From IMG/VR virus record IMGVR_UViG_3300021255_000114, positions 167,942-231,941 of that record: 64,000 nucleotides of DNA, one strand, 5' to 3'. Under the pieces are notes generated by a model. The model searched no databases and was not told the DNA's origin. It saw only the letters and a program-made list of their open reading frames with translations. Below are positions 1-6,640 of this stretch, piece after piece. Each line of letters opens with the position of its first letter. The first letter of the stretch is position 1. The DNA is from a virus. Taxonomy: Duplodnaviria > Heunggongvirae > Uroviricota > Caudoviricetes. A program made the position numbers and the translations under genes.

Positions 1-1062
1 AAAGAACTAGTTGAGAAATACAACGTAACGTCAAAAATTTTTATTACCAAATTACTTGGTAATAAAAAGAGAAGTTTATCAGAGGCTGCTAAACTTGCAC
101 ATAAAAAGAAACCTGAGAAATTTAAACTGAGTGAAAAGGCTAAAGATAAAATAAGAACTGCACGTTTAAAATTCATGAAAGAACATCCAGAACAGACCGC
201 ATGGAGACAAAAAAATGAATCATATCCGGAGAAGTGTTTCATTAAAATGTTATCAGATTATGGGTTTGATAAAAAGTATTTGATATATAAAGAATATTCT
301 GTATTCCCGTATTTTATAGATTTCGCTTTTTTTAATGAAAAAGTTGCGGTGGAAGTTGATGGTTCTCAACATTTAGAACCCGAAAGGGCTGAAAGTGACA
401 GAAAAAAAGACCTTCTTTTATTGAATAATGGGTGGTATGTTATTCATTTTACCGCTACAGATGTTGTGAAGAATCCTTCTATGATAGCTGAGAAACTAAA
501 CGAATTTATTTCAAATAAAATGACGTGTAAAGTTGAAAAAGTTGGGATATTAAAAGCACCAAAAACGAGACAACCGGTGCCAAGAGAAGAGAATGGCAGA
601 ACTGCGAAACAAAACAAAAGCGCTTATAAAAGCAGAAAAGTAATGAATAGGCCGTTAAAAGATGAACTTTTTAAAATGGTTTGTGAGTTACCTTTTATGG
701 AAATTGGGAGAAAATATGGTGTCGATGGAAACACCATAAAAAAATGGTGTAAAAATTATGGATTACCATATAAAAAAAGTGACATTGATAAAATAATAGG
801 TAAAGAGCACCCATACAAAAAGCGCGAGATTATTTGTGATAATTGTGGAAAAAAAATTATCACTGATAATAAAGGTGGACGTTTCTGTTCGGTGAATTGC
901 TGTAACGAATATAATAGAAAGCACCCAAATGAATCAATAACACTAAGACGTAGACATATCATAAAAAATACACCTAACGGTGTTTTAACAAAACGCGTTA
1001 GTGAGGATGAATTGCAACAATATCTCGATGATGGGTGGGTAATTGGAAGGAAATTTAAATAA
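1..1062 (+). CDS. Homing-endonuclease-like protein (DUF559/Vsr-like nuclease, HTH, Zn finger), 5' truncated by window edge
   Basis: Frame open from base 1; IDFAF...AVEVDGSQH nuclease motif, KKWCKNYG HTH, CDNCG/CSVNC; directly upstream of a tRNA-like RNA. Confidence 0.75.
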   Translation, partial: KELVEKYNVTSKIFITKLLGNKKRSLSEAAKLAHKKKPEKFKLSEKAKDKIRTARLKFMKEHPEQTAWRQKNESYPEKCFIKMLSDYGFDKKYLIYKEYSVFPYFIDFAFFNEKVAVEVDGSQHLEPERAESDRKKDLLLLNNGWYVIHFTATDVVKNPSMIAEKLNEFISNKMTCKVEKVGILKAPKTRQPVPREENGRTAKQNKSAYKSRKVMNRPLKDELFKMVCELPFMEIGRKYGVDGNTIKKWCKNYGLPYKKSDIDKIIGKEHPYKKREIICDNCGKKIITDNKGGRFCSVNCCNEYNRKHPNESITLRRRHIIKNTPNGVLTKRVSEDELQQYLDDGWVIGRKFK

Positions 1063-1075
1063 GTGTTTTTATCTT

Positions 1076-1247
1076 GCGGGTGTGGACAAATAGGTAAAGT
1101 CACCCATAAAGGCTTTGGGGAGTGTCTAATAATCTTGCGGTCTTGCAGTACATAGGTTGCGCAGCCTGATATTGGGAAAAGGCAGGAAAATAAGCACAGG
1201 GAATAAAGTACACATTCTGAATGGGGGTTCGATTCCCCCCATCCGCA
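1076..1247 (+). ncRNA. Expanded tRNA-like RNA (172 nt)
   Basis: Acceptor GCGGGTG/CATCCGC, D arm GAC-AAATAGGTAAA-GTC, T arm GGGGG-TTCGATT-CCCCC; 9-nt loop in anticodon position; ~100-nt insert. Confidence 0.75.
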
Positions 1248-1261
1248 CAAAAAAACTATAA

Positions 1262-1425
1262 TATTCCGTATATGGGGCATAACTGTCCGTGGATTAAAAC
1301 GCAAAGAACACGATGTGAGCGCGAGGTGGGTTCCAGTTGTCAAGTCTATAGAGACAAGAGATGGCATAAGAAACAAGAGAAAAGCAGTGGTTTCCACTGA
1401 AGAGGCTTGTGGAGAAAAAGGAATA
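1262..1425 (+). ncRNA. Candidate structured ncRNA
   Basis: Outer TATTCC/GGAATA; hairpins TTGTC/GACAA and CAGTGG/CCACTG. Confidence 0.35.
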
Positions 1426-1469
1426 CATGGGTTATATAATAAACCGTTGCGTTGTTATGGTTATTTTTT

Positions 1470-1478
1470 GATATTTAT
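1470..1478 (+). promoter_or_regulatory. GATATTTAT motif (putative phage late promoter)
   Basis: Same motif upstream of genes at 54314, 63878 (+) and 56377, 62175 (-). Confidence 0.5.
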
Positions 1479-1483
1479 ATTAT

Positions 1484-2296
1484 ATGGCAATAAAATTAAC
1501 AAAGGAAGGTTTAAAGGAGAAAATCCGTGAAGTTCTATCAGAACAGACTGTAGGACTACCAATGCATTTCAGGACGGTATATGACGATATTGGTGATGGT
1601 AGGCCTTTTGAAAAAACACTTATGGAGGGTTTGATAAAAACATATCCAATGTCGTATGTTGAGAATTTTTTCAAACGCAGGTATACAATGGATGTGTTTC
1701 GGAAGAATTTCGATTATGAGGAAGGGCGTGTTATTTTGGTTTTTTATCCAAACAGCGACGCGATAGATGAAGTAATTAAAACATTGGATAGGTTCGGCTA
1801 TTTCCTTTCGTGGCATGATAATACAACATATCAATTCGAACCCAAATTCCAAAATGAATTCACTGTGGAAGATTTGAAATATAACGGTTGCCGTTATTTG
1901 CTTCATGTATCACCCGTTTACAACAAAGAGAAAATCCTACAGAACGGTTTGTCTCCTGTATTCAGAAATGACGAATTCACTTATCCCGGCAGAATTTATC
2001 TCTTTTTAAGTGATATTTCAGACAGGGAGTTAAAGAATATGACAATACGCCTTTCCGATGCGAACAGAAGCAAAGGAAACAATGGTGTTTATACCTTATA
2101 TAGAATTTCCTTTGATGGATTGTGGAATGCAAAATTCTGCATCGATCATAATGCAAACCATGCGGTCTATACACAGGATAATATACCTCCTAGCAGCATA
2201 AGCGAAATTGGGGAAATTGATACGAATGGTTTATACTATGGTTTGGACAGGGAGAAACTGAACGCTTCAAGGCGAGAAGAAAATAATAATTCATAA
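1484..2296 (+). CDS. Hypothetical protein with C-terminal ART/KptA(Tpt1)-like fold
   Basis: LLHVSPVYNKEKILQNGLSP...GRIYLF resembles the H-x-S/T..I...GL ART signature. Confidence 0.45.
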   Translation: MAIKLTKEGLKEKIREVLSEQTVGLPMHFRTVYDDIGDGRPFEKTLMEGLIKTYPMSYVENFFKRRYTMDVFRKNFDYEEGRVILVFYPNSDAIDEVIKTLDRFGYFLSWHDNTTYQFEPKFQNEFTVEDLKYNGCRYLLHVSPVYNKEKILQNGLSPVFRNDEFTYPGRIYLFLSDISDRELKNMTIRLSDANRSKGNNGVYTLYRISFDGLWNAKFCIDHNANHAVYTQDNIPPSSISEIGEIDTNGLYYGLDREKLNASRREENNNS

Positions 2297-2313
2297 AAAA
2301 ATACATTTACTTT

Positions 2314-2703
2314 ATGATTACAGTTGAAATGTTGACTGCTGCTGTCTACACATTTATCGGCCTTTCAGCCCTTATTGTCGTCCTCACGCAGATTGTCAAG
2401 GATATTTTCAAAACAACCAAGGATTGGCAGAATCACCTTGCTGCATTTTGCACTTCATTGGTAACAACCGGTATTGTATTGCTTATCGGTATCTATGGTG
2501 GAGTCGGAATCTTTGCAGGTTTCTGCACCGTATGCGCTTCAAGTTGGCTTCTGTTTGCCGGCATCGTAATCGCATGTACTTTCATGGCTAACGGCCAATG
2601 GAGTTACGAGGTGGCTAAAAAGTTCCTTGAATTTATCGGTCTTTTGACCAATCAGCCGACTCCAAACAAGAGCAAGGAAATTGAAGAGAAGCACGCTGAG
2701 TAA
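2314..2703 (+). CDS. Membrane protein, holin-like
   Basis: 129 aa, three hydrophobic segments, charged C-terminus. Confidence 0.5.
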   Translation: MITVEMLTAAVYTFIGLSALIVVLTQIVKDIFKTTKDWQNHLAAFCTSLVTTGIVLLIGIYGGVGIFAGFCTVCASSWLLFAGIVIACTFMANGQWSYEVAKKFLEFIGLLTNQPTPNKSKEIEEKHAE

Positions 2704-2789
2704 AAAATCAGCGAAAAAAAAAATGGCGCCGCATTGAAATCAAGGTTCAAAGACCCTGAGAGTGGTTCGAATCCACACGTAGTACAGTA

Positions 2790-3134
2790 TGGCTGACTAG
2801 GTTGAAGGTAGGACGGCATACCCGGTGTCGCATAATCCGGAATCATCGAGAGGTGTATCCGGGTTCAAACAGGTGTCGTTGATAGACACAGGAACGCATG
2901 TAAGACTTCAGTTCGAATCTGAACGGGTCCACGATGTCACGTAGGAATGAATCCAGGACATGAAGGTCGCGGCCACCTTAAGGTCGTATTTGGGCTCGAC
3001 TTGGCTTTGATTGCGTGTTAGTATGGTGTAAGGAGATGTCTGCTAGTTGTTTAAATGGCAACACAAACTATCGTTATGCAATGGCTGCCTGATATTGGCA
3101 CCCAAAGCGAGTTGGCCACGAACTAAATCGTGGC
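2790..3134 (+). ncRNA. ssrA: Circularly permuted (two-piece) tmRNA
   Basis: Acceptor piece ends TTCAG-TTCGAAT-CTGAA-CGGGTCC-A (2907-2931); coding piece starts GGGCTCGACTTGGCTTTGA at 2992 (G3:U70); tag GNTNYRYAMAA* at 3057-3092 after TTAAAT; 2790-2798 pairs with 3110-3118. Confidence 0.9.
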
Positions 3135-3141
3135 AAATTTC

Positions 3142-3215
3142 GGTGCGTTAGTTCAGCTGGCTAGAATGCCGCCCTGTCACGGCGGAGGTCATGGGTTCGA
3201 GTCCCATACGCACCG
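3142..3215 (+). tRNA. tRNA-Asp(GTC)
   Basis: Full cloverleaf, loop CT-GTC-AC. Confidence 0.97.
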
Positions 3216-3234
3216 CTAAATCAATAAATTATCT

Positions 3235-3360
3235 GAGGATACGTACGTGCAATTAATGTTGCATAAGTAGTTCTGGTCACGGTCAAGTACGGGTGGTGTC
3301 GGTGTCTAAATCGTGTACACACCGAAAGGAGGTTCAAGACAGAATTTGGAACCTGTGTAG
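3235..3360 (+). ncRNA. Candidate structured ncRNA
   Basis: Hairpins TGCAA/TTGCA, CGGTGT/ACACCG, AGGTTC/GAACCT. Confidence 0.35.
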
Positions 3361-3378
3361 GAATATTTATTGATTTTC

Positions 3379-3462
3379 CCCGGAGTGCCGCAATTGGTTA
3401 GACGGAGTACACCCAAAATGTACCGCTCGTTGAGCATGTGAGTTCGACTCTCACCTCCGGGA
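3379..3462 (+). tRNA. tRNA-Leu(CAA), C33 variant
   Basis: Cloverleaf with long variable arm; loop CC-CAA-AA. Confidence 0.9.
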
Positions 3463-3468
3463 CAAAAC

Positions 3469-3540
3469 GGGCCGGGTAGTGTAATGGCTGCACGTCACAT
3501 TTGCACTGTGACAGAGGGGTTCGAATCCCACCTGTGTCCA
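3469..3540 (+). tRNA. tRNA-Ala(TGC), imperfect acceptor/T stems
   Basis: TCACA-TTTGCAC-TGTGA anticodon arm; G3:U70; bulge and mismatches. Confidence 0.75.
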
Positions 3541-3550
3541 CATAATTTAT

Positions 3551-3890
3551 GCTCTGGTGGCGGAATGGTAGACGCGAGGGAGAAGCGAAAGAAAGCGGAG
3601 TCCCTCCTGTTTTGGAAACAAGACAGTAAAAAATTGGATGAATTCGGCTGAAGGTTATGGGATCCGGAGGGCGAGCCAAGCATCAGATATATTTGATGAA
3701 GGTGTACAGACTACCTGAGCAGTTTAATCTGCTTAATAACAGGAAGTAGTTGCAATTAGTATTGCAATGAAAAAGCGTCCAATATTACCTAAACCCAAGT
3801 TGGGTATGGTACGAAGAGATAGTCGATGTTGATAACAGCTTAAAATCCCTTGCCCGCAAGGGCGTGTGGGTTCGAATCCCACCCGGAGCA
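3551..3890 (+). tRNA. tRNA-Leu(TAA) interrupted by group I intron
   Basis: Exons 3551-3581 and 3839-3890 join to AGGGA-CTTAAAA-TCCCT; acceptor GCTCTGG/CCGGAGC. Confidence 0.9.
3582..3838 (+). ncRNA. Group I intron (IA-like, P7.1/P7.2), no ORF
   Basis: P3 TTGGATG/CGTCCAA, P7 GACTA/TAGTC, GAATTCGG and GAGCCAAG core, J8/7 GAAGAGA, terminal G. Confidence 0.9.
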
Positions 3891-3896
3891 CATAAA

Positions 3897-3981
3897 GCCG
3901 GTATGGTGAAATTTGGTTAGACACGCCTATTTTAGGGGTAGGTGGGCATTGCCCATATCCGTTCAAATCGGATTACCGGCA
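3897..3981 (+). tRNA. tRNA-Leu(TAG)
   Basis: Cloverleaf with long variable arm; loop TT-TAG-GG. Confidence 0.95.
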
Positions 3982-3991
3982 CAAAGTAAAT

Positions 3992-4064
3992 GATACGGTA
4001 GCTCAGTTGGCAGAGCCCGTGACTTTTAATCACGTGGTCGAGAGTTCGAATCTCTCCCGTATCA
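3992..4064 (+). tRNA. tRNA-Lys(TTT)
   Basis: Full cloverleaf, loop CT-TTT-AA. Confidence 0.97.
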
Positions 4065-4090
4065 CGAATTAAACAGTAATTAAGTATTTT

Positions 4091-4609
4091 ATGAAGGTAA
4101 TAAATTTATTTGGCGGTCCGGGCACAGGGAAATCCACGACTGCTGCCGCTTTATTCGCCCTTATGAAGAGGGAGGGATATAATGTGGAACTTATTACTGA
4201 GTTTGCCAAAGATTTAGTTTGGACTGAGAGAACGAAGGAACTCGGGGACGAGATATACATTTTCGGAAAGATGTATCATAAACTATGGAGATTGAGGGAT
4301 AAAGTGGATTATGTTATCACGGACAGCCCTCTACCGTTATGTTATTATTACGACAATGAAAATATCAAATATTTCAAGGAATTCGTAATGAATGCTTTCA
4401 ATAGTTTCGATAACATTAATTTTCTTCTTAAACGTCATTTCAAATATCAGGAGGAAGGGCGGATTCAGAATGAGGAGGAGGCTAATCTTGTTGATGAGGA
4501 TATCAGGGATTTGATTGAATCAAACAACATCTACATTTGGAAAGAAATTTGTGAGGATAAACCGGAAGAGAAAATTTTGGAAATCACGGAAATGATTTTA
4601 AACAGATAA
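4091..4609 (+). CDS. P-loop nucleotide kinase (NadR/AAA_28-like)
   Basis: GGPGTGKST Walker A; VITDSPL. Confidence 0.8.
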   Translation: MKVINLFGGPGTGKSTTAAALFALMKREGYNVELITEFAKDLVWTERTKELGDEIYIFGKMYHKLWRLRDKVDYVITDSPLPLCYYYDNENIKYFKEFVMNAFNSFDNINFLLKRHFKYQEEGRIQNEEEANLVDEDIRDLIESNNIYIWKEICEDKPEEKILEITEMILNR

Positions 4610-4611
4610 AG

Positions 4612-4746
4612 TTGCCCCTACACATCAGTCCATAGGAGTGGATGCAGACGTGCTCCAACCGAAGATTGGACGATGCGCCAGGTAGGACGGAACGTATGTC
4701 GTGAAGCGGCACCTCAGCGTGGAAGCAAGAGCATTTTCTGAGGTAA
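4612..4746 (+). ncRNA. Candidate structured ncRNA
   Basis: GC-rich non-coding spacer; ACCTCAG/CTGAGGT, TCCAA/TTGGA. Confidence 0.35.
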
Positions 4747-4750
4747 GTTT

Positions 4751-4823
4751 CGGGGTGTAGTTCAGTTGGAAGAACGCCTGGTTTGGGACCAGGAGGTCAT
4801 CGGATCGTGCCCGGTCACCCCGA
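4751..4823 (+). tRNA. tRNA-Pro(TGG), T loop ATCGTGC
   Basis: Cloverleaf, loop TT-TGG-GA. Confidence 0.93.
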
Positions 4824-4838
4824 CTGAAAATTAATAAT

Positions 4839-4912
4839 GGGGAGATAGCAAAGGTGGTCAATGCGGGTGACTGAAAATCACCAGATATGTGGTTCGACTC
4901 CTATTCTCCCCA
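4839..4912 (+). tRNA. tRNA-Phe(GAA)
   Basis: Cloverleaf, loop CT-GAA-AA; weak T stem. Confidence 0.9.
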
Positions 4913-4958
4913 CAAGATAGCAGAATTGATTCGAATATAAACGAATATTAAAATCTGA

Positions 4959-5189
4959 TTAATCCGAGTATAGGCCACTAAGTAGATTGAAGTAAGTATT
5001 CCAAACAATTCCGGAATAATGTTGGATACGTTGAGCGGAGGCGGATGAACTCCGGCGTTCAATGAACCGTGTTGATTACCGTGAGGTAATCATAAGAGGC
5101 AACGCAACAGAGGCATAACACTGCATAAGCAGGGCTACGTAACCAATCGTAGTGCCACAGTCCGTAGCTCGCAAATTTACTCGGTTAAA
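4959..5189 (+). ncRNA. Candidate ~230-nt structured ncRNA
   Basis: Closing stem CCGAGTA/TACTCGG; internal GATTAC/GTAATC, GGAG/CTCC, CTACG/CGTAG. Confidence 0.5.
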
Positions 5190-5190
5190 T

Positions 5191-5273
5191 GGAGAGTGAA
5201 CCCTTGAGGAAAGGGGCCTTCCTGCTAAGAAGTGCGGTCGGTTTCGGCTGAGTTTCGAGTACTCCGCTCTCCG
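5191..5273 (+). tRNA. tRNA-Ser(GCT)
   Basis: Acceptor GGAGAGT/GCTCTCC, loop CT-GCT-AA, long variable arm, G73. Confidence 0.88.
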
Positions 5274-5280
5274 CAAGCAG

Positions 5281-5445
5281 TTTGAATGACGCTGAGACTA
5301 TAATCAAGCGTTGTGGTATGTTCACCACAGGCATATTGCTTAATATGGAACTAAGGGAGAGGTAACGTTACTCATTAAAACTATGGCGGGTAGGATAGGA
5401 TTATCCGTGGCAGTCGGCGAAATGTTAAAACAGGATGCCTAAATT
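5281..5445 (+). ncRNA. Candidate structured ncRNA
   Basis: AGGCAT/ATGCCT closing; TGTGGT/ACCACA, CATATT/AATATG, GGATA/TATCC. Confidence 0.45.
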
Positions 5446-5456
5446 AATCCAAATTC

Positions 5457-5576
5457 GGTCTGATAGTTTAGTGGTTAGAATAACGTAATTATGGCTTCTG
5501 TATATGGAAGCATTGCAGCAATTATAAAATTTAGCCAGTCACGCCGTAGACGGAAGTTCGATTCTTCCTCAGACCT
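5457..5576 (+). tRNA. tRNA-Asp(GTC) with 48-nt insert (5486-5533) in anticodon stem
   Basis: Removing insert gives ACGGC-CAGTCAC-GCCGT; acceptor GGTCTGA/TCAGACC. Confidence 0.85.
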
Positions 5577-5643
5577 CAAACTACGGAGTTGGTGTTCCAT
5601 CCTTCGTGAGTGTGGTTACTCAAAAAACAATATGGAGCAAAAT

Positions 5644-5763
5644 TTCGGTGTAGTGTAACAGTAGCACGACGATTGAATATGGCTTCTGCTTATGGAAACC
5701 TCACAGCAAACGATATCAATGCTATGGGAGCCGTTAGTGGCTGTGCAATTCAGCCCACCGAGA
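5644..5763 (+). tRNA. tRNA-Pro(TGG) with 49-nt insert (5672-5720) in anticodon stem
   Basis: Removing insert gives ACGGC-TATGGGA-GCCGT; acceptor TTCGGTG/CACCGAG. Confidence 0.85.
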
Positions 5764-5770
5764 CAAAATG

Positions 5771-5901
5771 GACGATGTAGCTCAATTGGATTAGAGCACG
5801 TATTTCATGGCTTCTGTTTTACGGAAACCTCACAGCAAATAATGTCAATTTATGGTCTCTTAAACCCGTGGTTGTCGGTTCGAGTCCGGCCATCGTCCCC
5901 A
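5771..5901 (+). tRNA. tRNA-Lys(CTT) with 53-nt insert (5801-5853) in anticodon stem
   Basis: Removing insert gives CGGGT-CTCTTAA-ACCCG; acceptor GACGATG/CATCGTC; encoded CCA. Confidence 0.88.
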
Positions 5902-5991
5902 ATAGTATCTCCCATAATCGGTTATGAAAATTTAACCGAGAGTTGGTGGCAAGTATGATTCCCGGGGCAGTCTCGGGTGTGTATGGTGAAT

Positions 5992-6070
5992 CCTGCAATA
6001 TCGCCACTGTCTTATACACAGTCATTAACAGCGTAATTGGTGTATCCAGGTTCGAGTCCTGGTTGCAGGA
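5992..6070 (+). tRNA. tRNA-Ile(TAT)-like, D arm absent/relocated
   Basis: Acceptor CCTGCAA/TTGCAGG; ACTGT-CTTATAC-ACAGT; T arm CCAGG/CCTGG. Confidence 0.8.
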
Positions 6071-6113
6071 CGAAAAAGTTTATATAAAAGTACAGTTAAC
6101 ACATTAGTATAAT

Positions 6114-6231
6114 ATACCAATGGCGGAACAGGTAAACGCACGGAGGCATCCGGTTCGCAGTTCGAGTCTGCAAGTAGGTAGGCATACCGAAAAAAGTGGC
6201 CACGATGGAGGTTCGAATCCTTCTTGGTATA
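6114..6231 (+). ncRNA. tRNA-like RNA with two T arms and no anticodon loop
   Basis: Acceptor ATACCAA/TTGGTAT; D arm; CGGA-GGCA-TCCG; GCAG-TTCGAGT-CTGC; GGAGG-TTCGAAT-CCTTC. Confidence 0.75.
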
Positions 6232-6315
6232 CAAAACAAGAAACACACGTCAGATATGTATGCTGATGAGAAAACCATTATCGTTGGCGCCGGCGGTGTG
6301 AGTGTGTTTCAATTT

Positions 6316-6391
6316 GGCTGGGTGGCGGAATTGGCAGACGCGCCACACCAAGGATGTGGTTTTTCTGTGGGTTCGACTCCCACCCCGGCTA
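6316..6391 (+). tRNA. tRNA-Leu(AAG), C33, short variable region
   Basis: CCACA-CCAAGGA-TGTGG; Leu-type D arm. Confidence 0.8.
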
Positions 6392-6403
6392 CACAGATAA
6401 ATT

Positions 6404-6516
6404 GATTGTATTACATAATGGTAATGAGGTGAGAGAAAAGGAGACGTTACGAACCTCGTTGAGAGGGAGTTGAATGAATATCCGCTGCGGTATCGGTTCG
6501 AATCCGATTGCAATCA
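6404..6516 (+). ncRNA. Expanded tRNA-like RNA, purine-rich centre
   Basis: Acceptor GATTGTA/TGCAATC; D arm CAT-AATGGTA-ATG; T arm ATCGG/CCGAT; 22-nt loop in anticodon position. Confidence 0.7.
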
Positions 6517-6640
6517 CGTGAAAAGGTGTAGAGTTTATTAAGAAGTTTCTTTCTTAGTGCACCAACAAGCCTTGCGGAAATCGATTATATCAAAAATGTA
6601 CATATCCGTTGCAAGGATGACCCAAATGAAACTTCAACCT

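Noticed and set aside
5486-5853. SAM-I riboswitch resemblance of mini-intron core (TATGGAAACC...CAGCAA)
   Set aside because: Lacks P1, kink-turn GAG and P3/P4; far too short
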